NCBI RefSeq assembly: GCF_001194135.2
Contig: NC_068982.1
Coordinates: 2,706,146 to 2,767,918, forward strand
Length of the DNA stretch: 61,773 nt
Source: Octopus bimaculoides
Lineage: Eukaryota
Reading direction: 5' to 3'
The translations under genes and the position numbers were made by a program. Below, piece after piece: positions 27,555-41,300 of this stretch; position 1 is the stretch's first letter; each line of letters starts with the position of its first letter. The notes beneath the pieces were generated by a model. It was not told the origin of the DNA. It ran no database searches and saw only the letters and a program-made list of their open reading frames with translations.

Positions 27555-27893
27555 ACAAGAGTTAAAAAGTGGAGTAGATAAGATCAGCACATGTTTCATA
27601 GCGAGAAGGAACATTGGAAATGATAAATATCCAAGCATGGTGTATACCACAGGCTATTCTTCAAGCCAAGGATGTCTTGATTAAATGAAAGTTTAGATTG
27701 TCTGATTCAATCTTCCATGTGCTAACATGTACCTCCTTGCAACAATGTAAACTTTCATTTAATCAAGATATCCTAGGCGAGGTGAGGCGCCTGCGGTATA
27801 CACCTTGCTTGGATACTTCCCACTTCCAATTTTCCACTCGCTATGAAACATATGTACCCCGGATCTTAATCTACTCCATTCCTTAACTCTTGT
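27555..27893. repeat. Long imperfect inverted repeat (arms ~150 bp, ~40-nt spacer)
   Basis: 27555-27701 aligns over its whole length with the reverse complement of 27742-27893. Confidence 0.93.
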
Positions 27894-28049
27894 ATTCTTA
27901 TCCACATACCCAGCAACCCTGGTCGCCAAAAGTAAAATATAAAAAGAACTTTCCGTTTATCGTACTTCGATGCGAAACAAACCCACAACTTTCCGTCCCC
28001 ATAAACCACTATTGTCCCTGAAAGTTGCTTTTTATATATTTACTACGGA

Positions 28050-28995
28050 TTGCTTGAAACCAAACGCAGAAAATTCAGAACTCCAGCGATGTTGTACATC
28101 TGCAGCAGGAGATGGACTCAATATAGAAATGGGCTGAGGATAATAATATGCAGTTTAATGCTGAAAAATTCCAAGCTCTGCGCTACCAGCGTCCAACAAT
28201 GAATATGAAATTTACAGGGCAAACTGGTCCACAGGGGATTACAATTCCAAAGCCTAAATCTGTGTGTGACCTGGGTATCGACATGAGTGACGATACCCCT
28301 TTCCAAGTTCCCATTACCAGGCTGGCGACAAAGTCTAGACGACTGGCTAGATGCATCCTGAGAACATTTAGAAACAGAGACACGGAAACCATGATGGTCC
28401 TCTGGAGGACATTCGTCCTCAGCCGCCTGGATTACTGCTCCTAGCTATGGCCACCCAAAAGTGTAAAATTAACAGCCGAACTTGAAGCAATCCAGCAAAG
28501 CTTCGCAAAGAAGATCAGCTACTGGGAAAGGCTGAAATAGCTAAGACTATTTCCTGGAACGAAGGCGGGAGAGATATGCAATAATATACATCTAGAAGAT
28601 CCTGGAAGGAATTGTGCCAAATTTTGTCATTGAAAGCTACACCAATGCCAGAACGGGTCGACACTGCACATTGCCAAAGATCCTAGCAATGCCATCGCGC
28701 TTCAGAACCGGTTACTGCAACAGACTGGGTTTTAGGGGCCCAGAGATTTTTAATATTCTCCCAAAGAGACTGGGGAACCTGCACAAAGTAGATGTAGGCG
28801 TTTTTAAATCAAGACAGGATCTCTTCCTGTCAAGAGTCCCAGAGTGTCAAGGCAAGAGGTGCAAATGGGGGTAGCGGCATCAAACTCCCTTATTCACCAA
28901 ATGCCAAACATTAGAGGAGGCTCTCAGTAATAAAAGTGTAGCAAATCGCTGGTGCCCCAGCATGAACACTGCTCTGAGCTGAAAATACAAAAAAT
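28050..28995 (+). mobile_element. 5'-truncated CR1-group LINE (RT C-terminus and 3'UTR)
   Basis: KWAEDNNMQFNAEKFQ...DLGIDMS...ILRTFRNRD...LSRLDYCS*LW..K...LEAIQ...FRGPEIFNILP; followed by (TA)n/(TACA)n. Confidence 0.88.
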
Positions 28996-29026
28996 ATATA
29001 TGTATGCATGTATATATATATACATA

Positions 29027-29066
<40 letters not shown>

Positions 29067-29076
29067 CATACATACA

Positions 29077-29112
<36 letters not shown>

Positions 29113-30764
29113 TATATATATGTGTGTGTATGTTTTAATATAAATTTATATATACGCCTTGATATGCACAACTGTTAATCAATAAATGATAAGAACGCTG
29201 AATAAATTATACTTCCTATCTTGTTGTAAACAGAGGGGGGGTCTTACATGGAGTGTTTAATAGTGGCTAATAACCTTTTATTTCAAACGACTTCAGGTGC
29301 TTTTTATCCCGAAGTAATATACGCTTGCCAATATAATACCGCTTCCTTTTCCTTTTTATTCATATTTTTATTCATATTTTAAATTTTCTTGGGAATCATA
29401 AACGGCAAGTATAAATTTATTCAACAAATCATAAATTATCGATTTCATGCTGAAGGATATTTCAGTAATTGCTAGGAATAGGCGATAAAAGAAAATTAGC
29501 ATAATTGATATGTAATCAAAATCTGATGAATTCTAAGCCAATCAGTAAAGGATATTCTAAATGTGCTCTAAATATTTTTGGTTTCATTACGAATCAAAAT
29601 TCGTTTCATAAAGAATATAGTTGGTGCTCCATTTACTAAATTGAATATATTGCCATCATTGTAGTCATGTATTTAATGTACATATATATNNNNNNNNNNN
29701 NNNNNNNNNNNNNNNNNNNNNNNNNNNNNNNNNNNNNNNNNNNNNNNNNNNNNNNNNNNNNNNNNNNNNNNNNNNNNNNNNNATATATATATATATATAT
29801 AAAGTGTGTGCGCGTATGTGTTTGTGTATACGGCGCTTGAAACCCCTACCAGTGTCATGTGATATTTGACTCGCTGCATATTCGCAGGTTGCCGGCCTTG
29901 AAGCTTGCTGAATGAGGTGAGTGATTTCAACACCTGCAAGATAAAAATCAGAACCTGCGAAATGACATCTGACGTCAGGGGATTCAAATGGCATCCAATA
30001 ACGTGTACTAACGCTCAATTAAAATGTGTGTTTACGTCAGGTGCTATGTTCTCATTTATTTAATGAACTAGGTTGATGACAATAGGCAAATGGAAGCAAG
30101 ATTTATTGGTGGCAAGAAATCTTGGGGCTTATCTAGAAGCTATAATGCTGGACTAATATTTAGAATGTCGTTTTATTAGACACAAACTAATTTAGGTATT
30201 CCTGCAGGATTCGGAGATATCTTCTATCATGCTGGAGGTCTACTTTCCCATACATACTAAAATACTTTCCTACTTTACTTCGACGCTGTGCATATTGTGT
30301 GAGAAACAAAAAGTTTGTCTGATGTACGTGCAGCTCATTCTCATTAAAAATACACTAATGTAGCATCTATGACTGAGGAGAATAATTGCGCGGCGCTTAA
30401 TTTACAGACCTTCAACGAATACTCAAATAGACTTGATGTAGTGGGTGGGCCGTTCCCCACGTTAGTGTCATGAAGATATCGAAATGTCTGTAGATTCAGT
30501 CGTGCAGAATATGAAGTTTAAACAAAGTGGAAACAATTTCAGTTTTCTGAGGCCCTTCACCTCAGTATGTCTCTTGTTGAACTGCTGCTAGTTAGTCAAT
30601 AGATTCATTATCGTAGATTTAAACATCTTGGAGACATCAAAAGTGGTATTTCCAATGTGACAGTGAGAGCATCTCACATCTTTGAAATTTCCGCAGTTAA
30701 TGGCAAACAAAAGGCTGGAGCAGTGATGCTTTTCTACTCAATTCCTAGGTTGCGACTAGGCTGC

Positions 30765-30860
30765 AAATAATAATAAGTTCTGGTGTTGATTCATTCGACT
30801 AAAAGTCCCTCAAGACGGTGCTCCGACGTGGCTGCAGCCAAATGATTAAAGAAGTAAGAT
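30765..30860 (+). mobile_element. SINE family 1, 3' domain fragment
   Basis: aataataagttctggtgttgattcattcgactaaaag...ggtgctcc..cgtggctgcagccaaatga matches 18070-18150. Confidence 0.75.
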
Positions 30861-30939
30861 GCGTGTGTGTGGAGGTGGGGTGCGTGTGCGTGTGTGTGCG
30901 TATGTGACATGGCTACATTTCGTAGCCATATTGTCAGAT

Positions 30940-31800
30940 GTCTCACACAACGACAATAAAACCAGCATCAGCATCAGATTTAGAACTAAAGGCTGACACT
31001 TCACTCTGCGAAGCCTGCAGGCCAAGACCAAAATGGAAGAAGTCTTTGTGTGCGACTTCCTGTTCGCGGACGTCTGCGCACTCAATGCCGCCACAAAACC
31101 TACCGACAGCTGAGCATGAACTACTTTTCCAATGCCAGCAACAACAGAAGACAGTGGTCAGAAGACAGTGGTCATGCACCAACTTGCCTAGCAGAAGCCG
31201 TATGTGGAACCAACTATACTTTTCGAAGAGGTAACCCTCAAGATTGTTTATAAGTTCTTGTACCTCGCCACTAAACCCTCCAAATCTCTGAACATTGACT
31301 ATGAAGTTGACACACGCATCGCCAAGGGAAGCTCAGGTTTGCTTAGTTCTATAATGAGTGTGGGGTAGTAGAAACATTAGACAGACCACCGGATTGAAGG
31401 TGTACTAAACGGTTATATATCCTACCCTTCTATACTCTTTGAGACTTGGGCGGTTTACGAGCGTCACGCCAAAAAGCTAAACTGCTTCCACATGAACTGC
31501 TTGGAAAGCTGCTGAAAATCACGTGGCAAAACATGGTTCCAGACACGGAGATCCTCTCTCACGCTGGTCGGCCAAGCATTTACACAGTGCTGGGAGAACG
31601 TAAGTCAGGTAGGGAGGCGAACGTCTTCAAATGCATGTCACGTGACTCATCAATAGACAGTGAGCTGGCGGAAGGCAAATGCACGCAAATTGATCAGAAA
31701 AAAAGCACTTAAAGGATGCACTAAATGCCTCACTGAAGAGTTTTGAGATCAACCCCGACATCTGGTGAAACACAAATGCAAGACGACCCTGGCTGTCAAT
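30940..31800 (+). mobile_element. RTE (BovB-like) LINE RT fragment, pseudogenised
   Basis: IRFRTKG*HFTLRSLQAKTKMEEVFVCDFLFADVCALNA...QKTVVMHQ...KFLYL...EVDTRIAKGS...LLKITWQNMVPDTEIL; the catalytic ADD reads ADV. Confidence 0.9.
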
Positions 31801-31904
31801 GTGAAAGCTATATCTTTCTGAACACCTGATTCATAAGACGCTCATCATTTCATCATTGCTACTTCTGTGCAAAAATTATAAGCAGGGAGAGTACAGACAG
31901 AGAG

Positions 31905-31908
31905 GGTG

Positions 31909-31952
<44 letters not shown>

Positions 31953-32052
31953 NNNNNNNNNNNNNNNNNNNNNNNNNNNNNNNNNNNNNNNNNNNNNNNN
32001 NNNNNNNNNNNNNNNNNNNNNNNNNNNNNNNNNNNNNNNNNNNNNNNNNNNN

Positions 32053-32088
<36 letters not shown>
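31905..32088. repeat. (AGAT)n microsatellite spanning an N gap
   Basis: Direct reading. Confidence 0.9.
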
Positions 32089-33291
32089 GGAGAGAGAGAG
32101 GGAGATAGAGGGAGAGAGAGAAAGAAAGTAAAAGTGGGAAAGGGGGATATTCGATCTTACATGAATAGCGAATTTATTTGCATCTTCGAAATGACAGAAA
32201 TGTTGTGAAGTGAATAAGCAATTTTTAAAAGAAGCATGTGTAGAAAGTTTAATTCTCTATTCAACAAAACGATATTAATATATACGTCAGTGTACGCATA
32301 CATTATCTGACTGTTATCTGCAATCAATTTTGTCAGTGAATATACAACGTTGAATTTACAATCCAATATTACTTCCTTGTATCTCAGCAGTGAGCCCAAA
32401 TGCATTTGTAAATAATCGAAGTTGTTTTTCTCGAAATCAAACTAGTTCGGCATATTATATTGTTTAAAAAGCTCAAGATGTTGTCCAGAAAATTTTAGAT
32501 TCCATTAAAATTCGATATAAATTTCCTGCTACAATCAATGCTAGGGAAGCAAAATATTTCATTTTAATATTTGATATCATATTGGAGAAAAGATTTACTG
32601 ATTTCTATTATGCTATGCCTAAAATGTTAACCAACATCTATAAAAACTGCAATACAAATCAATACTTGTAGGTATTTGTAAGAGAAAATGTAAGAAGAAA
32701 ACATAAACGAGTTGTACATAAATAAATATGATGTGTTTAAAGTATATTTGGTTCAATAATTACCACCAAACACTGATATAAGCCTCGCAAATTTTTTATT
32801 TGCATGCGGAACGCATATAGTTAATTGAAAGCTACTATTGATACTATCATCAGCCGAACAAGTATTAGTCAAATGAAATTATAAATGGAATGTAAAAATG
32901 TTCATTGATGTTAAGGAGCAAATTAGAGAAAATCCTAATTTTCAATTGATCAAATTTAAATGGAGATATGCAGAGTAAAGGAGACTAAAATATAGCAGAC
33001 ATTTTGACGTCAGCAGTCAGAGGTTTTTCATAAAGTACGCTTAGGGAGGCATATTCATCATAATATATATGACTACGTAACAAATTGCATAGTACAAAGC
33101 GAGAAATCGTCAGAACAATAAGCAAATAAAATTGAGGATACTTGAAAATTTGCAATGACTTCTACTGCAAATATTTATATACTTTTGATTATGATTTTAA
33201 TTTAATGAGCCTGAAACGGTCTAAACCACATCTGAAATGTATATGAAAGCCATTAGCATTAAACAGTATTACGAAAAAACTTCTTATATTA

Positions 33292-33615
33292 TAAAGGAAG
33301 GTCGGCTGAAAAGACATAAGCAAGGCAAGATTTTGTTCATGCAATGAGAGCAAATGAATTTTATTTTACAACAAAACCTCCTTTGCAGTCGATACACTTC
33401 GTCCATTGGTGATGCAGCACCTGAATCCGTGGTGAAAAAGATTTCATCTTGTTGGTCCAAAGCAGGTCATCAACAGCAGATTTGATTTCTTCATCACTTC
33501 GATACTGGTTCCCAGCCAATAGTATTTTCATTGCAGGGAACAGATGTTAGTCAGATGAGACCAAGCCAGGAGAATAGGGAGGAAGATCCACCAGTGCACC
33601 ACCACAGCCACGCAC
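33292..33615 (-). mobile_element. mariner right end (transposase C-terminus and TIR)
   Basis: Minus strand LPPYSPGLVSSD*HLFP...YRSDEEIKSAVDD...QWTKCIDCKGGFVVK* (YSPDLAPSD motif); TIR-like ggaaggtcggctgaaaag at ~33296. Confidence 0.85.
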
Positions 33616-33659
33616 AGTAGGCAAGGACCTATACTAGCAACAACAACAACAACAACAAC

Positions 33660-34850
<1,191 letters not shown>

Positions 34851-35137
34851 NNNNNNNNNNNNNNNNNNNNNNNNNNNNNNNNNNNNNNNNNNNNNNNNNN
34901 NNNNNNNNNNNNNNNNNNNNNNNNNNNNNNNNNNNNNNNNNNNNNNNNNNNNNNNNNNNNNNNNNNNNNNNNNNNNNNNNNNNNNNNNNNNNNNNNNNNN
35001 NNNNNNNNNNNNNNNNNNNNNNNNNNNNNNNNNNNNNNNNNNNNNNNNNNNNNNNNNNNNNNNNNNNNNNNNNNNNNNNNNNNNNNNNNNNNNNNNNNNN
35101 NNNNNNNNNNNNNNNNNNNNNNNNNNNNNNNNNNNNA

Positions 35138-35490
35138 ACACTACCTATTGTCATAGGTGCCCTAGGAATGACAGCGAAACGAGCTGATTACTACCTAGCT
35201 CAGATACCAGGAAATCCCAAAATGGCTGAAGTTCAAAAGATAGTGCTCATGGGAACTGCCCATATCCTACGTAAAATACTGTCTATGTGATCTCAAATTT
35301 TGAAACAAACACATAATTTTCTTATGGCTTCTTAAACATTCACTAGAACAGAACTGTACAAATCCAAATATATGGTACCCTAGGCATAACACCTACATGA
35401 ATTTCTAACTTGTTGTCTCTTGAGGTCTCTGGGTGAGACTTGGATCCAACTTGTACAAATGCAAAACAAAAGTCAAACATAAAATAATAA
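35138..35490 (+). mobile_element. 3' end of R4/Dong-type element, family A
   Basis: TLPIVIGALG...TAHILRKILSM* plus 3'UTR ending aaagtcaaacataaa(ata)n; matches 1538-1865 in reverse. Confidence 0.92.
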
Positions 35491-35493
35491 TAA

Positions 35494-35866
35494 TAACAAG
35501 AGCACTCAGAGAGTGCAGAACTCCGCCAAGGCAACACCAACGTCCTCTCAGCGATTAGCTGGAGATGATTTTTAAAATGAGAATATCTGAAATAAAATCG
35601 ACTGCTCTCACAAACGAAAATACTAAAAATGAACCCGACAGCACTCAAAACTTAAGTAAAACAAAAAAGGGGGGAAAATAATCCAGAATCTTTGTCTGGT
35701 ATCGGGTAGATCCCAAAATCTAATCACTTTGTGCCAGTCACGAGACCAAACATCCCTGAATGTTTCATTCGAATCAATCCAGTGGTTCTTGAGATATCTT
35801 GTCCACAGACAAACAAACAAACATGACTGAAAACAATACTCTCCCTTCGCTAAGGCGTAGGTAATA
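35494..35866 (-). mobile_element. Helentron-associated non-autonomous element (HINE/DINE-1-like)
   Basis: Subterminal inverted motifs ctccgcc (35521) / ggcgtag (~35854), palindrome cctt-cgct-aagg at one end, hairpin gcactc-aga-gagtgc (35502-35516) at the other, internal (CAAA)n, AA/TT flanks. Confidence 0.7.
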
Positions 35867-36254
35867 ATGATAACAAATTAATGAGAGTGAAAATGACAAA
35901 GTGCTGGAGGAGATAGTATGAAATTCATAAGACAAGCTTATTACAATCTATTTACATGTGAATCAACTGTCCCAATGTTTTGATGTGCCAAAATAAAATT
36001 GAGTTCAAAAGAGACAAGAAATTGTGCAATTCAAAAATCCCTGTTTTACCCTGTCCTTCCTTCAGCTAAGATATGGATGCAGGATATTTAACTGGAAAAA
36101 GGCCGCCATTTAGTAAAATTTATTGAAATTTAGTTATTCAAGCATACTCAGGAAAATCTATTCAATAATCTATCTTATCCTTTTGGAATGATAATCCATG
36201 ATTTTAGCTCCATTTGTTATTAATTTGTATCTATTATTATCTTTTTCTCGGAGG

Positions 36255-36580
36255 TGAAGGCGCGTGGCTTTTTGGTTAGAATATTTGGCTCACGGTCGTT
36301 AGGTCATAAGTTCAATTACCGGCGATGCTCTGTGTCCTGGTTTTAAGACACTTTATTTCTCGTTGCTCCTATCTACTCAGCTGCCAAAACATGAATAATA
36401 ACTTTATTTCAAAGGGGCAGCCTTGCCACACTCTGTGTCACGCTGAATCTCCCTTTTAACTACGTTAAGAGAGCACGTGTCTGTGTAGTGGTGAGCCACT
36501 TGCACGTTAATTTTACGAGCAAGCTGTTCCGTTGATCGTATCAGCCGGGACCCTGGTCGCCGTAACCGACAGAGTGTCGC
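36255..36580 (+). mobile_element. SINE family 3 (body type a), near full length
   Basis: tgaaggcgcgtgg head, CORE-like tgtgtcctgg...aagacactttatttc...ctcagctg..aaa.atga, body to gtaaccgacagagtg. Confidence 0.88.
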
Positions 36581-37239
36581 TTCTTCGAATAGTTTACACA
36601 CACATATATATAATTACATAATACATATGTGTGTATGCGTTTGTACGTGTATGAATTCATATCCACGCTCAATGCCAACCGGAATGTATATATGTAACTT
36701 CGTTGGCTGTTCTGCTCAAAGTGTGGTTAGATGGAACAATCAGTTATTGACTTGATATTTTAAGTCGATATTGACAATCGATGGTTTTGTACTTGAAGAC
36801 TCAAACGTATCTTCCCTTTGCTTTATTGATGTCATTTGTACAAGTGTAACGTTTTGTTATTAGATTTTTACAGCGATTTATTCCAAACTCTTCCTGCTGA
36901 AAGGTGATCGCGCAATGTAAAATGTTATTTTATTTCAGTCATCAACACTGGTGCATTTCTAAGTCCATAGTCTAAACGTTTAGTAAAATATATTAACTCT
37001 ACGTTAATTACATTGACTACTGATTACTTATACGCTGGTTGTTTTTGTAGATCGATTATCGATTTTTTACATCTAGTTCATTTATCGATTTTAACATATA
37101 TTAACCATTAATAAAATCTATGCGAAAATACCTTCTAATGTTATGTAGTATTATATTATTTTTCATAAGCATTATATATAATTTTGTGTGAGAAAGTGTA
37201 CATTAAAACATGCTACTTTCATTAGGCATGGGAATGCAG

Positions 37240-37400
37240 CTTACTGCTAGAATCGTTAGCGCGCCGGAGAAAATGCTGCGACTTTTCGTCTGGTGTTACA
37301 TTCTGAGTTCAAATTCCGCTTGTTTAACTTTGTCTTTTATCGATAAGCTAATTACTACTCGATGTAATCAACTAACCTCGTCTCCATAACGTTCTGGCCT
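37240..37400 (+). mobile_element. SINE family 2, degenerate
   Basis: gaatcgttagcgcgccggagaaaatgc...ttctgagttcaaattccgc...gatgtaatcaact. Confidence 0.75.
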
Positions 37401-37984
37401 TGTTCCTGGAAATGAACTTTAGGTATAAGATGTATTAGATGTAACCAGTTATTATTAGACAGCTTTTGGACGATATTTTGTAAAGCAATAATATTAGAAA
37501 GAGAAAAGAAGAAATTATGTGTATGTTGCTTTAAAAGTAGATCGAAAGAGAGGTAAAGTCATAATTAAAAACCAATTTCAGGTTAAATATTAAATTAATG
37601 ATTGAGATATACTACACGTTTCCTTATCGTTATCAACTCGAAAACACAAACTGAATTTGTTCATTTTATCAGCAATGATCAAAGTGAAATAATTAAATCT
37701 GCAGATATTCAGTTCTCTAAATCGTATTAGATCCATATATTAGAAAATTATGCTATTTAAAATTATATCTTATACTGCGTCGTAAAATACTTTGCGTACA
37801 GCCAGCATGTAGATTTTTGTTTATGGAAATACACTGTCATATTTCAGTTAGAGCGTGGAAGCATAACTTAATCAGGATAAGTGCTGAATAACTGCAACAG
37901 CTTTAAACATCTTTGTATTTTGAAAAATATAGTTGAATATTTTAAAATGTTACACGCAAATATATACTTAGAGAAAGGCACATA

Positions 37985-38125
37985 GGCGCAGGCGTCCTTG
38001 TGGGGTAAGAAGCCTGCTTCTCAACCACTTGGTTCCGGGTTCAGCCCCACATAGCGGGACGGGGGCCGAATTAACCTTGTGAGTGGATTTGGTAGATGGA
38101 AACTGAATGAAGTCCATAGTGTATG
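37985..38125 (+). mobile_element. SINE family 1, 5' half
   Basis: ggcgcaggcgtcc...caaccacttggttccgggttcagcccc...ccttgtgagtggatttggtagatggaaactgaa. Confidence 0.85.
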
Positions 38126-38157
38126 TATATATATCTTTTTTTATACATATACATACA

Positions 38158-38190
<33 letters not shown>

Positions 38191-38713
38191 CTGTATTTGT
38201 TTTATATCTTTGTATTTCCTATAACGAAGCAGAGGGGAAGAAAGTATATACATGACATACTGCTATATTACTATTACACGAGAGTTAACGATCTATATGA
38301 AAGGCTCACAGTGAACTTTCTCTCTCTTTATTATTGGCATAAAGCCGTACATATAGAGGGGACAATACAAAGACACACGTGGGGTACATAAAATGATTAC
38401 GGATGAATTATGTGTCGTGAAAAATATATGATGATGAAATGGCTTCCCACCCCACGAAGTAGAATGTACCACTTTACTGTTCCAACAGTTCAATTTGTAT
38501 CATGGATTTGTAGCTATATATATACATATATATTTATTTATGTGCATATATATATATATATATACAACTATCAATGAAGGAACAAATTTTTGTTGTGAAT
38601 CATTCACATGTTCCATTTACTAAGAAGAGTCTCAAAAGTGTACATGTAAGAGTAACATTGAAAATAACTTCGATTAACAATTTTTCAAGCAAACACGAAT
38701 TTTAATTTAGAAA

Positions 38714-38859
38714 TGTATGTATATGTATGTATGTATGCATGTATGTATGTATGTATGTATGTATGTATGGACGGACGTATAGATGGATGGATGAATGGAT
38801 GGATGGATGGATGGATGGCTATTTATAAGCATGCAAGCATCCACTTATACGGTTGTGTG

Positions 38860-38892
<33 letters not shown>
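38714..38892. repeat. Compound (TATG)n/(GATG)n/(AGAT)n tetranucleotide repeats
   Basis: Direct reading. Confidence 0.9.
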
Positions 38893-41124
38893 TAGAGGAG
38901 TAATGTCCATTTTAACCATCTTTCAGATGGTGACGGTAAATATTTAATTCATAATTACATTTTAATTCTGCTCTCGTCAAATATCCTTTTGCAATGATTT
39001 GCTCACTAACGCGTCTTTTTAATGAAATTTTACTGTGATACATTTCTAGCGGCGTGTATTAAAATCTCGCCAATACCGTTGCTTCATAATTACATCCAGA
39101 AAGGAAAGATCTCCACAGTATTTAAAACTTTTTTCTTTTTAATATTGAATAACATGCTCATGATCATTGGACAGCATAATGATGTAAGATTGGAGGGACG
39201 GGGAAAATTATATGTTTCGTGCACAGTAGTTTCCACCCTTATTGTGGTAGAGCAGTTTGTCATAGTTCTCATAAATGAATACATCCAATTTGCATCGTAA
39301 TGAAATGCACAACTTTTATATATTTTTCTAAACATAAACTAGGAAATATTCTATTCTATAATTTCCAATTTCATGATGAAAATCAGCAATATCAATTGAG
39401 ATATTGCCATGGTATATACGTTGTGCAGCAAATTATTGGTTGGTCAAAGTGTAATAGATCACTTTCCTTCCGGAATGGAAAAATATCATTTTGTTCTGTA
39501 ATTACATGAAAATAATCGTATTTTGCAACTTCAAATACGTATGAGAAAACATTACCTGCAAATATGTGTAAATGAATAATGATTAAATACCTTCTGAGGT
39601 GCACTATACAAAATGTATATTGCCAAAAATATCTACCCACGAAATTATCATGAATTATAATAGATGGCGATTGCTTTTACTTGTGAAAAATATGCTGAAC
39701 GCATTTCTCAGTAGTGATTCGCAAACTTTATATATAATGAAGTGAAATGACCGAAAAAAGCAAAGGTCTACAATAATTTATAATTATGTGGTTTAAGAAA
39801 TTATTTAATATTACACTATTCAAAAAATAACAAAACATGAATAGCTTTTATTAAAGCAGCAGACAGGGTTCTAACAAAACATTCACTTTATGTGGCAGAC
39901 AAACATTACTCTTTGGAATGAAGACTGTTTTTGTCGCTATTAATTATTATTATTATTATTTATCTCTTATAGATAAACAGTGACGTTGATATGGCGGAGG
40001 TGTGGAAATAGAAAAGTGTTCATTACTTTCTATGAATCTGTAAAGCTAGCATGCTCGACTGGTTCTTTGTATCCGACTCATAACATCCTTTTGCGACAGA
40101 ACAAGAAAGCAAGGATTTGAAAATTGCGTTTGATTTCAGAATTAGTTATTTTCTAAAGTGCTAACGCGAATTCCGAATTATAATTTCTTTGCTACGAAGA
40201 TGTTGATGACATACTTGAATATCCGTTGCAGCTGACACGTCAATGTCCGACACAACGTATCACAGGATTCTCCTATAATAGTGTTTCTGTACCAAAGGCA
40301 ATGGATCGGCGTCCTTGTATTCTTACAAGTTCAACTCGTACCAATGAGAATTTCACATGCTTTATCTTTGTATACTCATAATTAGTATCCAGAGTACTTC
40401 AACAGCTCTGCTTTCTAAAAATACTGTAATATTGGAATTTAATAAAACTTCATTTTAAAACATCAGTTTTTAATTAATAGGGAAAATAGGAAATTAAATT
40501 TTAAACTTGCATAATAGTTGCATGAAGAGACTAGATTGGGTGGGGGTTAAAACGTATAAACGAAAATAGTTATAAGAATTATAATAGGGTTCAAACATAT
40601 AAACGAAAATAGTTATAAGAAATACACTAATATTTAGACCAGAATTTCGTCTCGCTCCCCACTCCCTCTCCCTCCGCCTCTCTTTCTGTTTCACTCATTC
40701 TCCCGCTTCTACAGATTAGTTCTCTAGATACATCAACTCGTTGGATGTGCAGCGATTTCTCAGAATAGCAATATTTCATAAATGGACGCAGAATCAATAG
40801 TTCCCCATTATGATTCCCGCTGACAGTACCAAGTGGGATTAATGTTAATAAGGAATTTACTAACTCTTGATGATATCTACCCAAAGAGCCCTTAACGCAA
40901 ATTCCATCCGGCTTCTCCGATATACGACAAAATAGAATAGGTTTTTAGGAAATTTCAAGGTATTTGTATGTATGGTATGTCCACTTANNNNNNNNNNTAT
41001 ATATATATATATATATATATATATGGATGTATATATATATGGTTTCTTTTGACTGCTGACATGCAGGGAGTCTCCTTCAAGGGGTTTAGCTGAACGACCC
41101 AACCGTAGTACGTACAGCATGTGC

Positions 41125-41180
41125 AGACTTACATGTATGTACATATGTATGTATATGTATGTATGGATGGATATATATGC

Positions 41181-41264
<84 letters not shown>

Positions 41265-41300
41265 ATGTATGTACGTATGTATGTATGTATGTATGTATGT
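41125..41300. repeat. Compound (TA)n/(TG)n/(TATG)n microsatellite
   Basis: Direct reading. Confidence 0.9.

Noticed and set aside
15670-32900. Partial matches to miR-133 (ccttcaaccag, ~15676) and miR-1 (tggaatgtaaa, ~32886)
   Set aside because: Only 11-nt matches with no precursor hairpin.
29970-33012. Two TGACGTCA (CRE) sites at 29970 and 33005
   Set aside because: An 8-mer without promoter context; compatible with chance.
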